A DNA stretch of 62,733 nt, filler included, from Choristocarpus tenellus KU-1152 (GCA_964200185.2; 9 parts of 9 records of this genome joined end to end with filler, not necessarily neighbours in it); one strand, 5' to 3'. Shown: positions 1 through 13,854, counted from the whole stretch's first letter. Made by a program: numbers and translations. Notes: generated from the sequence alone by a model not told the origin.

Positions 1-844
1 CACGTCGCTCTTTCGTTTTTTTTGTTGGTTGAAAGGTAGGTGTCTATGACCAGGGCTTTAGTTGAGATGGGAGGAGGTTTTTTTTTTGCAGGCCTTGAAC
101 TATTTAGGGAAACTTTCGATTTCCTAAATGGCATTGAACTCTCAACGATTGGTTATGATGTGATGGTTTTAACTGCTTATGGTATGTGTAATTTGGTATT
201 ATACTGACAGGCGGTATATCTCGTGGTCATGCCGTGTCACGCACTTGAAAGATTGCCCTGACTTGAACACTGGTCTGTGATGATGGTGCTTGTTTTTCTG
301 TTCAATTGCAGAGGGAGGTGAGGTTGTTGCCGTGGCTTCGGTTGCAGTCCGTAACTGTAATTGAAACTGTAGCCTTGTTATCTGAGGTGATGATGGTTTG
401 AAGTAGTGAATACCTTGGTAAGGGGAAAGTGTTTGGCTGAAGAACACATATTTGGTACAGCCCCTTTCGATAGTACAATCAGTCCTTTTCTTTTTAATCC
501 TGATATTGTTCTGTGGTACACCCTTGTCCGATGATGTCTTGCAAGCCTCCGATTGCCACAAACCGAATTGAACCTATTGTAGATCTCTCCTTGCTTTTAG
601 CCTCCGAGTTAGTGTATCTGTTGCTAGTGCCAAAGGTGATGATAATATGTTATTTGAATGACCGAGAACAAGAAGCGTCTTTTCTAAGATGCGATGATAT
701 TGAAATACAGTGTCACTAACGCAAATATTTTACACCGAAAGAAGTATGAGCAACAATATCCAATCCAAAAGTTTTTTTTTTTCCTCATTATTTTTTTTTT
801 AATTTAAAAAAAAATTACTTGCATTTCTTTTCTTTTTTTGAAGG

Positions 845-995
845 TGACTATGGTGAAGATGGGGCTGGACGGGAAGGTGCGCCAGGGGGAGGAGGTATTC
901 GGAGCAAAGAAGCCCGTCTTTAACCCCTCATCGGAGGAGAGCAAGGAATTGGGAGGGTGTGTCAAGAGTGCAGCCACAGCCCCAAAGCATTCAGG
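845..995 (+). CDS. Possible isolated coding exon, product unknown
   Basis: A polypyrimidine tract and AG precede a GC-richer open frame (VTMVKMGLDGKVRQGEEVFGAKKPVFNPSSEESKELGG...), ending at a CAGG|GTAC donor-like site. No homology recognised. Confidence 0.3.
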
Positions 996-1984
996 GTACC
1001 GTTTATAGTCTTGTTATAGAGAAGATGGTGTCACATAAACTGATTGTCACTTCTATTGTATGCTGGTACTACCTGGCTTCTACTGCAGTCCTGTGCATGG
1101 TGTATACTGTAACATGATTGTTTTAGGTCAAGGTGTAATAGTGCTTTTGTGTGTGTGTGTGTGTGTGTTGTCACCATCGGTTGGGTCACGGAGTGCTTCA
1201 GGTGAGTAGTTGAATGAGGATTAGAGGGGAAATCTATTCAAGACTCCACTTGGGCTTGCTGGAGTATTTATTTATATACATACACGCACATTTTTGATAA
1301 ACACTTTCAATAGTATAACTGAAGCAATGGTTTCGATCTTGGAGAGAGGGCCCCAGTGGTGATACACAAGCATACGCGCATTGGTGTGAGACGTGGAACC
1401 ATCCGGAGAGTATGTAGATTTTGATGTATACTGTCTATGCTCTCCTCCTCTTCTTCTTTCCCCTCTTCCTCTGCTCGTGGCCTGTGGTTATGCCCTGAGA
1501 GATTCAAGTCCCGGCAGTGACACGCAAGTCACAAGTCACAAAGAAGAGTCACTTCTTGTTGTGCTAAGGTTTGCTCCCTCCTTGCCCTGGTTTGGGAGTG
1601 ACAACAAACTGGCGAGACGGTCCGATTTTTTTTTGCGCTCGTGCTCTTTCTGTTCTTGACCCTCCTTCCTGTTCCCAAACAAAATTTAGTTTAGGACCGA
1701 TTTTGGTCGTATGGTTAATGTGTACAAGAAACTGTTCACGGTATTTAGGGTACACCTTTTTTTGGACGTGCATTATTTTATAAAGCTTCATATCGACACA
1801 CTCGGTGCATACCACCCCATCAATCGACCCTAATTTCTTTGTAGGTCTAGTAGGTGGGTAAGGGGAATTCTCGAGAATCGTTGGCCACGGATGTGTGAGC
1901 AAAAAAGCGGGTTTTGACTTGATTCTATTGCTGGAATAATCTATTTTATCAAGAAGTGGTAAGTCTAGGGGGTTCGGGTGCAAC

Positions 1985-3457
1985 ATGGACCAATGCAACC
2001 ATCATATCGTGTTTCTCGCTACAACGTCTAAGGTCGCGGGGGCCGAACGAAAATTTCATGGTGGAAGAAAGAAAAATGGTTCTAATTCCAACCCAAAACG
2101 TTCCGAGAAGATTCCTTGTGAGAGATGCGGTAAGCATGGACATGAGAAGCCAGCTTGCCCAAACCGCATTTGCGCCAAATGTGGTGGATGTGCCCATGAT
2201 GCAACTACATGCACTTTGGTGTTCTTGACTAGGGTGCAGTCTGGGAAAGAAGAGATCAAGCAAGACTGAGGCGAATCCTTCCCACATTACTGTGGAAAGT
2301 ACCACCAGCTGCGGCGACAACGAGCGATACGCACTACTGGTCGCCTCTGAGGACTCTCCAAGCAGCAATGATCCAGGCAAGTGTGGGGTAAATGAATGTT
2401 TGGTGTCCAGTGTTGGTGTTGGCCACAAGAGAGAAGAATGGATTTTGGACAGTGCGGCTTCATGTCAAATAACAAATATGGTAAAATCCATTACTAATTA
2501 TCAGCCTTGCGTTGGAGACAAGAGGGTAGTCGCTGCCAGCCAAAATTCCTTTTGCATCGCTGGTTATGGTGATCTAACCATCTTGTTTCCGTCCCGTGAC
2601 AACAAGGAGGTAGAAATACTCCTCCAAAATCTCGCCCATGTCCTGATCTTGGATTCAACCTTTTCTCTTGCCAAGCAGCAGCTGACAAGGGTGCAAAAGG
2701 CGTTTTCACAGCCAGCACATTCTCACTATTAGATGGAGTACTACCTTCACAAGAGATCCTGGTTGCCACTACACCCTCCATGGTCAACGCATATTGCCGC
2801 GACTAGATCGAAATGCTGAAGTTGCTTTAAAGGCCACTATAGCCCCCTTGCTTGCACCCCACGCTCCCCGCACGGAGATCGACGTTAACCTCTTCCACCG
2901 CTCTTATGGCCACGCACATGAGGCATTGCTCAAGTCTACCGCCACTTCAATGGGCATTACTTTGGTGGGTGAGCTGGAGCCATGTGTGGGCTGCTCTATG
3001 TCCAAGGGTATATGGAAGGGTGTCCGGTCCATCACGTCTTCAAGGGCGTTAAGAAAGCTGGATCAGGTCTTTATCGACCTGAGTGGGAAGAGGGCTACCC
3101 TTTCAATCGATGGTAAACAATACACCGTGATAATCCGGGACGATTATTCTCGTTTTTTTTGGTTGTATTTCCTTCGTGCTAAGTCGGATGCCACCGAAGC
3201 CTTCAAGAGTACCTGGCCGATATCCGGGCTGATGGTACTCCCTCTCGGGTCATGTGTGTGCAGTCTGATAATGGGGGGGAATTTCATGAGGGTGCTTTCG
3301 GCGCTCTTTGCCGTGATTGCGGGATAAGACAGGAGTTTACACTTGCAGATAGCCCTCAATTTAATGGGGTTGCTGGACGCATGCTGGGTATTATTGATGA
3401 AGCTTCATTAGCTGCCCGCCTTCAAGCTCCATTACATTTCCCTCATGCCGCTATCTC
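1985..3457 (+). mobile_element. Decayed Ty1/Copia LTR retrotransposon (gag zinc knuckles, protease, pre-integrase, integrase), cut by contig end
   Basis: Knuckles CERCGKHGHEKPAC and CAKCGGCAHDATTC; protease WILDSAASCQIT; HRSYGH...CVGC zinc motif; integrase VFIDLSG, DDYSRF, SDNGGEF and QFNGVAGR (the usual NGVAER Glu reads Gly). Integrase follows protease, which is Copia order. Stops and frameshifts are present. Confidence 0.92.
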
Positions 3458-3557
3458 NNNNNNNNNNNNNNNNNNNNNNNNNNNNNNNNNNNNNNNNNNN
3501 NTTAATTAATTAANNNNNNNNNNNNNNNNNNNNNNNNNNNNNNNNNNNNNNNNNNNN
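3458..3557. other. Artificial contig linker N44-TTAATTAATTAA-N44 (also 13941-14040, 18281-18380, 22998-23097, 32650-32749, 43554-43653, 48322-48421, 53502-53601)
   Basis: An identical 100-bp spacer with a six-frame stop cassette occurs 8 times. Separate 10-N scaffold gaps lie at 20037-20046 and 59669-59678. Confidence 0.98.
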
Positions 3558-3635
3558 CAAATCACCCAAAAATCACGACATGAAAAAATTGACCCCAAAT
3601 GGACAACCTCCACCCCCTCCCCGATACTTTGAGCC
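3558..3635. mobile_element. MITE family B, right part (contig begins inside it)
   Basis: Matches the 3' half of 6283-6466 and ends GATACTTTGAGCC. Confidence 0.85.
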
Positions 3636-3707
3636 TTTTGTAAGTGTGTGAATAACACCTTTCCACCTATAGCCGTTTCATCAAAAATATCTGCAAAAAA
3701 TGGTCAG

Positions 3708-6700
3708 GTCGTTGACTTTATGGTGGCTGATACCTACCTTGAGGTTGCCCTGCAATCTACGCGGGATCTTCTTAATGAGATGGAGGTGAGAGAATCCATG
3801 GACTTCAAAATGCAGCACAAGGCAACATACCAGTCCAATCTGAAATACGACCTTGCAGTTGCAGTTAATTAGAGTTCAACTAGACACAAAGCATCAATCT
3901 AGCCATGATTCTCAATTGACACACCTGCCATGGTGTTCTCAAATGCTCCTGAAAATAGACATGTTGTCCTTTTTTAACAAACACGGTGGTACTCTAAGGA
4001 GAGTTTTTTCCGGAAATCCTCTCCCATAACATGGCAGGATGCCTCAGGCTCTATTACAGACAGTGAGATACGTGAGTTGAAGGCTCTCAAAGATGAGAAA
4101 GGACCTCCAAAAGAAACTGTGGTATGTAAAACATGTTAGGGCCCAGGAGCCTAACTTACAGAACATGTATTGGTGCTGGGGTGAAATGGTGCAAAAGGTT
4201 TGCTTAAAATATCATCCAAACTATCTGCAGCAACTGAATCAGTGCGCTTTGTCGATATTGCTTCAAGTCTGATGTTTCTGTTTAATCTGGAGTCTGAGTG
4301 TCAACTATTCATTTTGATTGTTTATATATCTCTGAGCTACTTGGTACCATCCAAACCCTGGCAGGAACCTACCTTGTCACGGAGTTGTGGACACATGTCC
4401 TCCCATGTTCGGCAGCCCATGTTCATCATGGAGCTCAATTATATTGAAGGCATTGAGGAGCAAGCATTTTCACCCCATGATTACTCTCTGGATCCATCTG
4501 ACATGGTGATGTCCCTGCCACAGGAGAACGAATTTCACACACGACTTGAGGTAATTGACAGTTCTCAAGCCCTTCTAAATATATACTTCAGATGCTAAAT
4601 AATTGTTGTAACATTGTAGAATCTGCAGTTGCTGAGGTAGTGTTGGTGCATTTTATGGGGATGCTTCTAGTCTGTACTACCTTGCCTTCTACCTACATCT
4701 ATAAAAGAGATTGCTGCTCACGCTGCAGTGATTTGACCACACCCACAGGTGATGCTGTTTGATGGTCTCATGGTAGTCACCAATCCTCACCGTCTGGTCA
4801 CAAATCCATCTTTCAAGGCCTTCGTAAAGCCCATTGTTGATGAGAAGGGACCACTGGGTGGGGGTTTGGACCTGGAGGTTATGATCATGGAGGTGGGTTG
4901 AGGCACACTGAAATATCCCTTCATGTTAGTTGCACATCTTCCAAACTCTTGCAAGCATTGAACATATGTTGAAAATACATTTCTCTGTGCAATATGTTTC
5001 TCCTTGTCTGGTGGTCGAAAATGGTGCAGAGAGTGTTGTTGTAGTGTCTTTCTTCAAAAAAAAAATCACAAGAGGCAGGGGCTAGCTTGCAATTTTTGAC
5101 TGAACATTTTTTTTCACTGCATCTCTCATTGGCATACTCTTTTAGGATAAAACCTTCCAGGAGATGCTTGATGCAATACACAGAAATATATCTCAGAGCT
5201 TCAGGCGGACGGACCAGTACATACATTCCTTTGATGATTTCACAGTCTCCCTCCTGGAAAATGTGCGATATCTTAAGGAGGTATCCGCCAGGTGACAAAT
5301 GAGTGATATGTGAACCATGAGGGTTGCTGCTTGAGTTCAATATTGACATAGAATGTGCAAGTGTATGTCTAGAAGACGGACTAGGTCCTGTATGGGGTAT
5401 TGGACCTTAAGTGCTATTAAACGTGCTTGTAGTTGTAGTGAATACCATTCCATGATCAAGAAATATCTACATCTTCAAGTTATTGTTTGTAAATATTGTA
5501 TCCGCACTACATTGGATAACACGGTCGCCATACATGATCCTTGCTGCAGCCCCAAATTTTAGACAATGCACGAGATCTACCACAATACAAGTTCCACCGA
5601 AAACCACTGTCTGTGCGGCCTAAGGCAGTACAGGAGTTTTGAGAAAAGGTGGTTTACATTGAGATTTGTAGATCATTGTTGCAAGAATTCAGTACAGACT
5701 TTTCATTGTGCTCCATGGTGCTATGTGGAGGGAAAACGTAAAATTATCTTAGAAGATAGAGCCGCGTCCATTTGGGGGCTAAAATCCAATGCTGCGTTCT
5801 TGATGTCATTTTGGTTATTGTGTTTGTTAGGAAGTGTCAATATCCTTCTTCCAGACTCACCTTTTCATAACGTACACATTTTACCTACTCCGAAACATTT
5901 CGGAGTAGGTAAAAATGTCCTAAAAACCTCATGGGAAGCCAAGCCCCAAACAAACAAAGAGGGAAAAACTCGCACCCTCTAAGATACTTTCACTCAGAAG
6001 TACTGATTTTCAGTGGGCCAGGATGACTATTTATCTGGGTAGGGTCGAAGAGGATCCCAAATTGCTCTCTTGATTGATTTCCATTGCTGTGTACTTTATC
6101 GTTTATGAATTGACTGAGACCAGTGCAGAAGGTCACTTGCAAGTATAGTATAATATTCTAGTGTGGAAAAAGTTTAATCCACATTCTATGATTATGTGAG
6201 CCATAGTAAACAAGAGGTACCCAGATTTAGCTGTTTTGCATTGTAAGTCAGTTTTGCAATCTTTTGTAATTCACCCATATTTGACCCAAAGTATCTGGGG
6301 GAGGGGGGGGCGGTCTACACCAGAGTGTCCATTTTGACCAAAACCAGGAAAAGTGCAATTGTATTATCCATCCAACGTATGGAACCAAATCACACAAAAA
6401 TTGCGACATGAGAAAATTGGTCCCGAATGGACAGCCGCCACCCCCCCCCCCCAGATACTTTGAGCCATTTCTATGGATGAAGTGCTAAGTTCGACTTGAG
6501 AGGGTCTATTTCTCTATTGTTTGAAAGATTTTGACATAGTTTGGAAAATATCTTACACATTCTGAAAAAAAAGTCGAATTTTGCACATATTTGCCTAGAT
6601 CCTTAAAATGCAATCAACTTTGGGTACCTTTAACTTGCTTTGACTCTTTGTAGCTTCAATGCTTCAATACACACATGGTCCATGCTGCATTGTGTCACGG

Positions 6701-9700
6701 AAAGTTCAGGGCAAAGGGTAGTCTGGATCATGTCATGTCTGGATCATGTCATGTGTGGGCTGCTATGTGGCATGACTTGTAATGAAACCTTCACCTCCCT
6801 TCCTGTTCTTCACTCTGCATTACACACAGTCAACTGAAAATTTTCCTCTCAAGGCTTTGACAATCTCACACTTTTCTCAATTTATCACCACCAGGTACTA
6901 TGCTGATGCTGATGTTGAGAAATTAGCAGGCGTACTGTCAAAGTATGATAGACAAGTGCAGGACTTCAACCGCATCAAGGTATGGCAAGACATGGGGTTT
7001 GTTCGTGTTGCCACAGGAAAACTGGAAGGAATACTGCGTCCAAGTCCTGAGAGGTAAGACAACTGTAATACCGCTGGTTTTTTGTTGTGGGTCTTAGTTC
7101 CAAAATTGAAGAGGCAAACGGGCATCTAATTGTTTAACTGCTACTCCTTTTTTAAAAAAATGTTGGTGTAATTTCTGGTTCTTGCAGATGTCTCAAAGTA
7201 CTTCACAGGGTGATGCCAGAACTGTACAAGCTGAACCAAGCGAGTTTGCTTGATTCTTTGAGCAGTTCATATGGCGCCATGAACAAGCGCTCAAGATCTG
7301 TCCAAGACTTCGTCAACCTCACTGTACACTACAGGCATGGGGCGACAAATATTCTTACCTAAAAAACTACTACACAGTATCTTCAGGAAGAACACATTCC
7401 ATGGCTTGAAACTTTAAACTTGATTTCAACCATCAACGACTGATGTTTACCATACAAAAAGCGTGCTTGACCAACGAACATATGCCAAAAACACACATCA
7501 ATCCCCACTATGTGACACCAGGGCAGTGAAAGAGCGTGGTGATGAGATGCAGAGGAGGTACAACTTCCTGACCTCTCTTTACCAAGTAATGGAGGAGAAA
7601 GGTGTTCATATCAGTGACGAGACCCGAACTGATGCCAATATGATCACCAAGGTAAGTGATGGGTTCTAATGATAGTCACAATGCTTGACCTTGTCCTGCA
7701 CCTCTCCATCTTGAACAATCTTGAACGAAACACAGTTCCTTAGTTTTCTTCCATAATGAAATGGCATTTTCCCTACAGAGCAAAGTGTCATTCACTGTAC
7801 AGATGAGGGATTGAATACAACCTAGCACACCTCTAATATAGTATACTAATGTAGTATACTAATGTAGTATGTATCCGTGCATGAGACAGCACACAAGGAA
7901 AAACCTAGAGCTCTAGTCTTGCTTGTTCAAAAAAATTTAGGGAAAACTTTGAAAGAAAATACAAGGTCTGATTGGGGTCAAAAGCAGTGCTCACTCCTCC
8001 AGTAAGTTGTTTGTAGACCTAGTGCATCACATATGCCTGCAGGTGAAGTTTAGCTTAGCACCTCTTTATTTTCATATACGATGAGTGCATTTCACTAAAT
8101 ACGAGCTTAACGAGCGTGCTCTCAACCATAGGTAAAACAACAAATTAGCTGCAATAGACTATCAATCTCCAATGAAATTTCACCAAAAAAAACCCAACCC
8201 TTAGTGTGTGTATATTGTTGCTTCCACTTGGTACTCCATTACTTCCTACAGATAATTGTGTGCTACTCTGATAATAGACCCCTTCCAGTGCTTTATAAGA
8301 CTATCTGATGGCACAGCAGAAGACTAAAATAAAAAGGGGAGGGGTTATATGGCATGGGTTGTCTTGCAAAAGAGCTGTAGAAATGATGTTGTCCCCAATG
8401 AGTGAGAACAAAATTAGTGATAGCCTTGATTGTCAAACAGTCATGACCTATGTTTCCATTTGGAAACTAATCTTGTTGAATTAGAATGTATTCAACACAA
8501 GAGTCAGTCTTCACTACTATGGGAACCCTATAGTAAACCAAAATGATAGCATGCTGACCAATCGTATCACCTCATCATTGATTGCATTAAAAAAAAGGTA
8601 CGGCGACAACTACAGTCAAAGATTGAAGATGTTGAAAGAGTGTATGATCATGAACACAAGAAATTCAGCAATGAGCTGTCGAAGCAGGCAGCCTCTCTGA
8701 CTCCCATGACTCAGGTGTGCATATATGAAACCCTAACCCTATCCCCTACAAAGGTGAAAAAAAATGTTGCGTCCACACCCCTTGATATCTGCTATGATAC
8801 AATAGGATCAAAATGTTCAACACAACGTTCATTCTCTGGCTATGCAAAGCAATAGCAAGACCTTTTCATCCAATTTTGTTCTGTAAGTCATAATTTAGAA
8901 TGACAAGCAATCACCTCTTGGGAGCTATGTTGGTGACTCCCTTATGGGGCTCAGCTACTCGAGGCTATATTTTGTTTTAGCTTTCTGTTTGATGTTGATA
9001 ACGTCTAAGATGAAAAGGTATCAGGAGGTTGAGATCAAAGGAGAGACTATTCAGGCTTACCCATGCTGGAATGAGATGCCAAAGAAATGCTCGTGACTGG
9101 ATGGAGGTTTATAAGAAAGTTGATATTATTGCTGTAGGTAGCTTTGAACACTGAATTGCAAAAACAAGAGTGTGAGTGGATGTTTGCACCATATGCATCA
9201 TTGACTATTGTTCCCTCTTGGTGGCCCCAGACCCCCATCTGAAGTGTAAGTGTTGTTTGTATGTTTTTTTCTGCTTTGTCTTCTAGCCCCTTGAATGAAG
9301 TATGCCTCCTCATCTGTGCTGCAGGGTGGTCATTGCTGCGCTATCATTCCCTTCCTTCTCTTGCAATCACTAAACTGCCCAAAACAATATCAGGGTGTTC
9401 TTTACAGCCCTGTGCCCATGATTGGTTGTAAAATCTGACCTCCTGTCCAGTGCTTTTTATCTCAGGAGCTTTAAAATATTTAGAAAGAAAATAGCCAGTA
9501 AGTACTGTTAGAAGAAGTTCATGTGAAAGTCATCCCTCTCAATATATTCAATTGACTATCCAAATATCATTATGGGAACCAATATCAATGAAGAATTGGA
9601 GAGATCCCTTCAGTGGTTGATACATTACCATTAACTAACTACTGAAGCATTGTGCAAAATAGGGAGTAATGTAAGGGTACGGAGTTGAGGTAAGTATACC

Positions 9701-12700
9701 TAAATCACAAATATGCCCCCTTCATCAATTGCATGAAAAACGCCATGCAGGGAGACATAATATCAGCGCGTGGCATTGATCTTTGAGACATAATAATAAC
9801 ATTATGTACTTCCAACGATGGTACACATAGATTGTACTTCCAAGTATGATTAGAAGAACAACAGTAAGCAAAAAAGTTGCCATATCCAAAGCTTGAACAT
9901 ATTGAATATCGGAGAGGGTCTGACACTGAGTATATTTTAGATGTTTTATGTGTTTGTTAGCAGGGAAAAGGATCAGTGAAAGTATGTTAGGGTTAGGGTA
10001 CGAGTTTTCCCCTGTTTGTCCGTTTGGGGCTTGGCTTCCCACGATTTTTTTCTGACATTTTCCAACTCAAAATGTTTTGCAGTAGGTAAAATGTATACAT
10101 TATGCAAAGGTGTGTCCGGAACAAGGATATTGATTCTTCCTAACAAACACAACATCCAAAATACTTTAAAATTGCAACATTGGATTTTGGCCCCCAAACG
10201 GACGTGGCTCTACCCTCTAAGATACTTTCACTCGGAAAACAGAGCTTTCATGTATGTTTGAGCTTAAGTACTTGTAAAATGCACCATGCTTAATTATTCA
10301 CGAATGGCACCCACCCCTACCAAACCAATTCTCTAATCGTATTTTTTATCAGGAGCTAAAGATGGATTTGGGACATGGGATGATTGAGAATTCATCAGCT
10401 GATATTGAGGAGGTGGTGAACCATCTCACCCAATGCGAAAAGACAATTGCGGGTCTGTTCACCATGGCAGACCTTCTCATCGGATGGCAGGTGAGATTAA
10501 GACCTCAATTTTACTTCATTCTTCAAAGGGTCAGAGAGTGTGAAACACATTATAAGTTCTTCAGATGTGGAATTGATTATACAAACCACATCTCATGTAC
10601 TGTTCCCTAAAAAGTCCAGAGTGTGCAAGTGATAGAGCACCTACACCTAGTGCATTCTCTCCCCAGATATCTTTACCTCATGAAGCAGAGTGAAAGTATC
10701 TTAGGGTTAGGGTACGAGTTTTGCCCTGTTTGTCCGTTTGGGGCTTGGCTTCCCATGTTTTTTTTAATGAAATTTTCCTACACCAAATATTTCGGAGTAG
10801 GTAAAGTGTATACGTTATGAAAAGGTGTGCCCAGGACAAGGATATTGACACTTCCTAACAAACACGATAGCCAAAATTACATCAAAATCACAACATTGGA
10901 TTTTGGCCCCCAAACGGACGCGGCTCTACCCTCTAAGATACTTTGAATCAGCACACTATCAATTGGGAACACTGCCCCATCATAATTGTCTCTATTTAGA
11001 CTGTCCTGAAGATGGCCTTGCTTGACCGGGATGAGCTTGAAGAGATTGATGCCGACCTGGGGAAAAAAATGCGACTGTGGAAGAGTATGCAGACCTTTGA
11101 GGAACACCTGGAAAAATGGTCACGAACTCCTTTCATCCAACTGGACATGGTTGAGATGGAATCTGAGGTTCTAAGGTATGCCTATCGCAATATTGTTTAT
11201 TGCCATCTGAAACTACATCACTGGATATGATGTCTGCTCCTTCATGACACCGATGAGCTGCCCTTCAGTGGCACCTATTCCTACCCCGTACCAGGACCCC
11301 CTGGACTGAGTAAACAAATGTTCTCAACAGGAGATTGTACTATTTGTTGAGGTGTGTATATATATATATATATGTATGCAATACCAGGGTCAAATCAGTG
11401 CAGCTCTCCCCAAGGCTGAGGCCTATTCTCTCTAAAGACAAGTATCCAATTCTAACAATGTTTAACATTTTTTGGTGCTGTCTGTTCACGTGACCTACCC
11501 TTCTCAAACAGGTACTGGCGAATGGTGCAGTTGTCAGAGAAGCACCTTCCAACAAATCCTGCAGTTAGTCGCTTGAAAAGTATGGTGGAAGAAGTCAAAC
11601 TCACGATACCTGTAGTGGCTGATTTGAAGAGTGACTGCCTAACAGCCCGCCATTGGGCAGCACTGCAAGATGTGCTAGGAGCGGATGTCAGGGGAAATCC
11701 TTCGCTCACCTTCCAGGAGATGGTTGAGGTGAGGTGATATCAAAGCACAGACATATTTGGGCTGGAGTCTAATACATGTTCACAGGTCAGATTGGCAGTC
11801 AATGAGGCACGTTTTTGCGGACCATAATTATTTGATTGATGCATCATCATGAGATGCCAATTGTAGAAATCCACCTACTCCAATATTTATGTAGGTGTGT
11901 CATCAAGTCAGTTGCACCACATGTCCCACTCAGCAATACATCGCATGCAATGAAGACATGACACGTTCTGACTTTGTTATCTCCCCCAAGGCAAATCTCA
12001 AGAATGTCGCAGACGCAGTGAGTTCTGTGGTAACAGAGGCTGAGCAAGAGGCTGTGCTCCTAAGAATGCTGGAAAAGGTATGTTGGCACTCATTACGACA
12101 TTTTTGAGATCAAATAAACCAACAAATTGTGCTTTGCACTCCAGACCATGTCACCGTTTTTGAGTACTTCTCAAGTACTAAAAGGGAAGGTTTACCATGC
12201 TCAAGAGCTGCTGAGTGTTAAGGAGCACATAGTGTCTTGAAAACCAAATTTGATTCAGTCCTGTACTTCTGTGGGTGTTTCATTTTGGTGCCTTGGGGAA
12301 TAAGGTTGCATAAAGCTATCTCAACAACTATGTAAGGGTCTCCCATGGTAGTCAACCACCCATCCCCACTTCTTCCCTCTATCATATGACAGGTCAATGA
12401 TGCATGGTCTGACACCAAATTTGACCTAATGCAGTTTAAAGACGTTCAGGGTGTATATGTGTTGGGGGGTGTGGATGAGATCACAGCACGCCTGGAGGAT
12501 TCAATTGTCACTGTGGGAAACATCCTTGCATCGCCTTACGTTGGACCAATCAGGGAAGAGGTTGAGGATCTTGCCGCAAAGCTCCACACCCTACAGGTAA
12601 GGGGCAAGAGACATTGTGTGCCGGAAAGGTGACGTTGTTGTAAAGATGAAGTCCTTGTCTTGCTGAAAGGAAGTGCAACTGATATCAGTGTCATGTGGAT

Positions 12701-13452
12701 TGGTTCTTTATTAGAGTGATCACAGAGTTCATAGACTTTAAAGGGAGTTAGTTGACAGATGCTATTTCTTCCAATATTAGAACACTAGTTGTCTACATAG
12801 CAATAACCAGCTGCCAACATTCTGCAGTCGAAAAATATTACACTGAAAGTAGTTGTTTACTTCAACGAAGTCCAAGGCGAGGTTTCCTGATTTGGTTTGC
12901 TTATTCTTTTCCCATTCCTTGATTTTCTTTGGATGTTCAGAGCAAGGACTCAAGGGTCAACACCTGCTGCATCGAAATCCTCTGTGTGAAACATATTTTT
13001 CATTTAGTAGCAGAAGTAAAACTCCATTGTCCACATCCATCACATCTCCAGGAAACACTCGAAATGTGGCTCCTCTGCCAACGCACCTGGATGTACTTTT
13101 CACGAATATTCTCTGCTCCGGATATACAAAAACAGCTCCCTGAAGATGCCCGTGTATTCAGGTGAGCCATGCCTGTAGTTTCTGCAATCAACTAGAACTT
13201 TACCATCCCTACTCCATACATTCTATCTACATTGTAAACACGATAAAAAGCCTGCTCGACTGATTTGTGCCATATACCCTGGAGTGCTTGAAGTACAGAT
13301 TGGTTGATTCTTCGTTCAAGGAGGTGATGAAAAGTACAGCTGAAGATCCTCATTGCTTGAGAACTGGATCGAAACCAGGCTTGCTTGAGTGCTTCAAGCA
13401 AAATAATGCTACCCTGGAGAACATTGCCAAGGGACTTGAAGAATTCCTCGAG
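3708..13452 (+). CDS. Axonemal dynein heavy chain, partial (tail/linker, DHC_N2 region), multi-exon
   Basis: Exons: 3708-3785, 4038-4121, 4416-4550, 4749-4892, 5146-5280, ~6853/6895-7053, 7188-7334, 7521-7651, 8598-8714, 10353-10490, 11000-11175, 11512-11728, 11991-12077, 12393-12596, 13052-13161, 13299-13452. Motifs IPVVADLKSDCLTARHW, AEQEAVL, VLGGVDEITARLEDS...ILASPYV, WLLCQRTWMYFSRIFSAPDIQKQLPEDARVF and LENIAKGLEEFLE match DHC_N2. The exact paralogue cannot be assigned. Confidence 0.93.
5737..5995. mobile_element. MITE family A copy (reverse orientation, left terminal repeat degenerate)
   Basis: Reverse complement of 10688-10949; ends CCCTCTAAGATACTTTCACTC; contains the internal palindrome. 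Confidence 0.85.
6283..6466. mobile_element. MITE family B, full length (184 bp), TSD ATTT
   Basis: Terminal inverted repeats (TIRs) GACCCAAAGTATCTGGGG and CCCCAGATACTTTGAGCC, with ATTT on both flanks. Confidence 0.9.
9974..10233. mobile_element. MITE family A, full length
   Basis: CAGTGAAAGTATGTTAGGG...CCCTCTAAGATACTTTCACTC; flanks GGAT/GGAA (TSD with one mismatch). Confidence 0.9.
10688..10949. mobile_element. MITE family A, full length (262 bp), TSD AGCA
   Basis: GAGTGAAAGTATCTTAG...CTAAGATACTTTGAATC, with AGCA on both flanks. Confidence 0.92.
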
Positions 13453-13854
13453 GTGCAATCATTAGAAGGAATCAATGATAAAGGAATCAATATTAAATGT
13501 TCCCCAGTCAACCAAAACTTGTACTACTTGACTAATCATACTAGAGAGAAAAAGAGCATTTTGTAGAACATTTGTGACTGTGCTTTGGAATTCCCCTGTG
13601 GGGAGAAGAATGAGACCGGCAAGCACTCTTTGATTCATTTCAAGATCACAATAGCTTCAGATAGATCATGACATTTTTTGAAGCCAAATAATGTGTGGTA
13701 TGGCTGCAAGTTACGTCAATATCTCTCCACCAAACTACACTTGAAAACAGTCTACACAAGGAACATAGTGCAACATCTTAGTCAACCCCCTGTTCTCTCC
13801 GCATCTATATCAGGCCGAGTCCTTAGTCTGATCAATAAAACCCTAAGGCAGTGC

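Noticed and set aside
200-720. Weak resemblance of 550-600 to the Ngaro RNase H region at 26880-26940
   Set aside because: The similarity is too short to separate from chance without an alignment tool.
1590-1625. Possible LTR end and primer-binding site (GTGACA...TGGCGAGACGG)
   Set aside because: No second LTR is visible and no tRNA complement can be verified.
3502-3513. Recurrent TTAATTAATTAA motif as a biological repeat
   Set aside because: It is always centred in 44+44 Ns, so it is an assembly linker.
9973-10261. Repeated similar short ORFs (SILEG..., GVGKMYTL, WEAKPQT)
   Set aside because: Chance translations of non-coding MITE family A copies; frames and stops are not conserved between copies.
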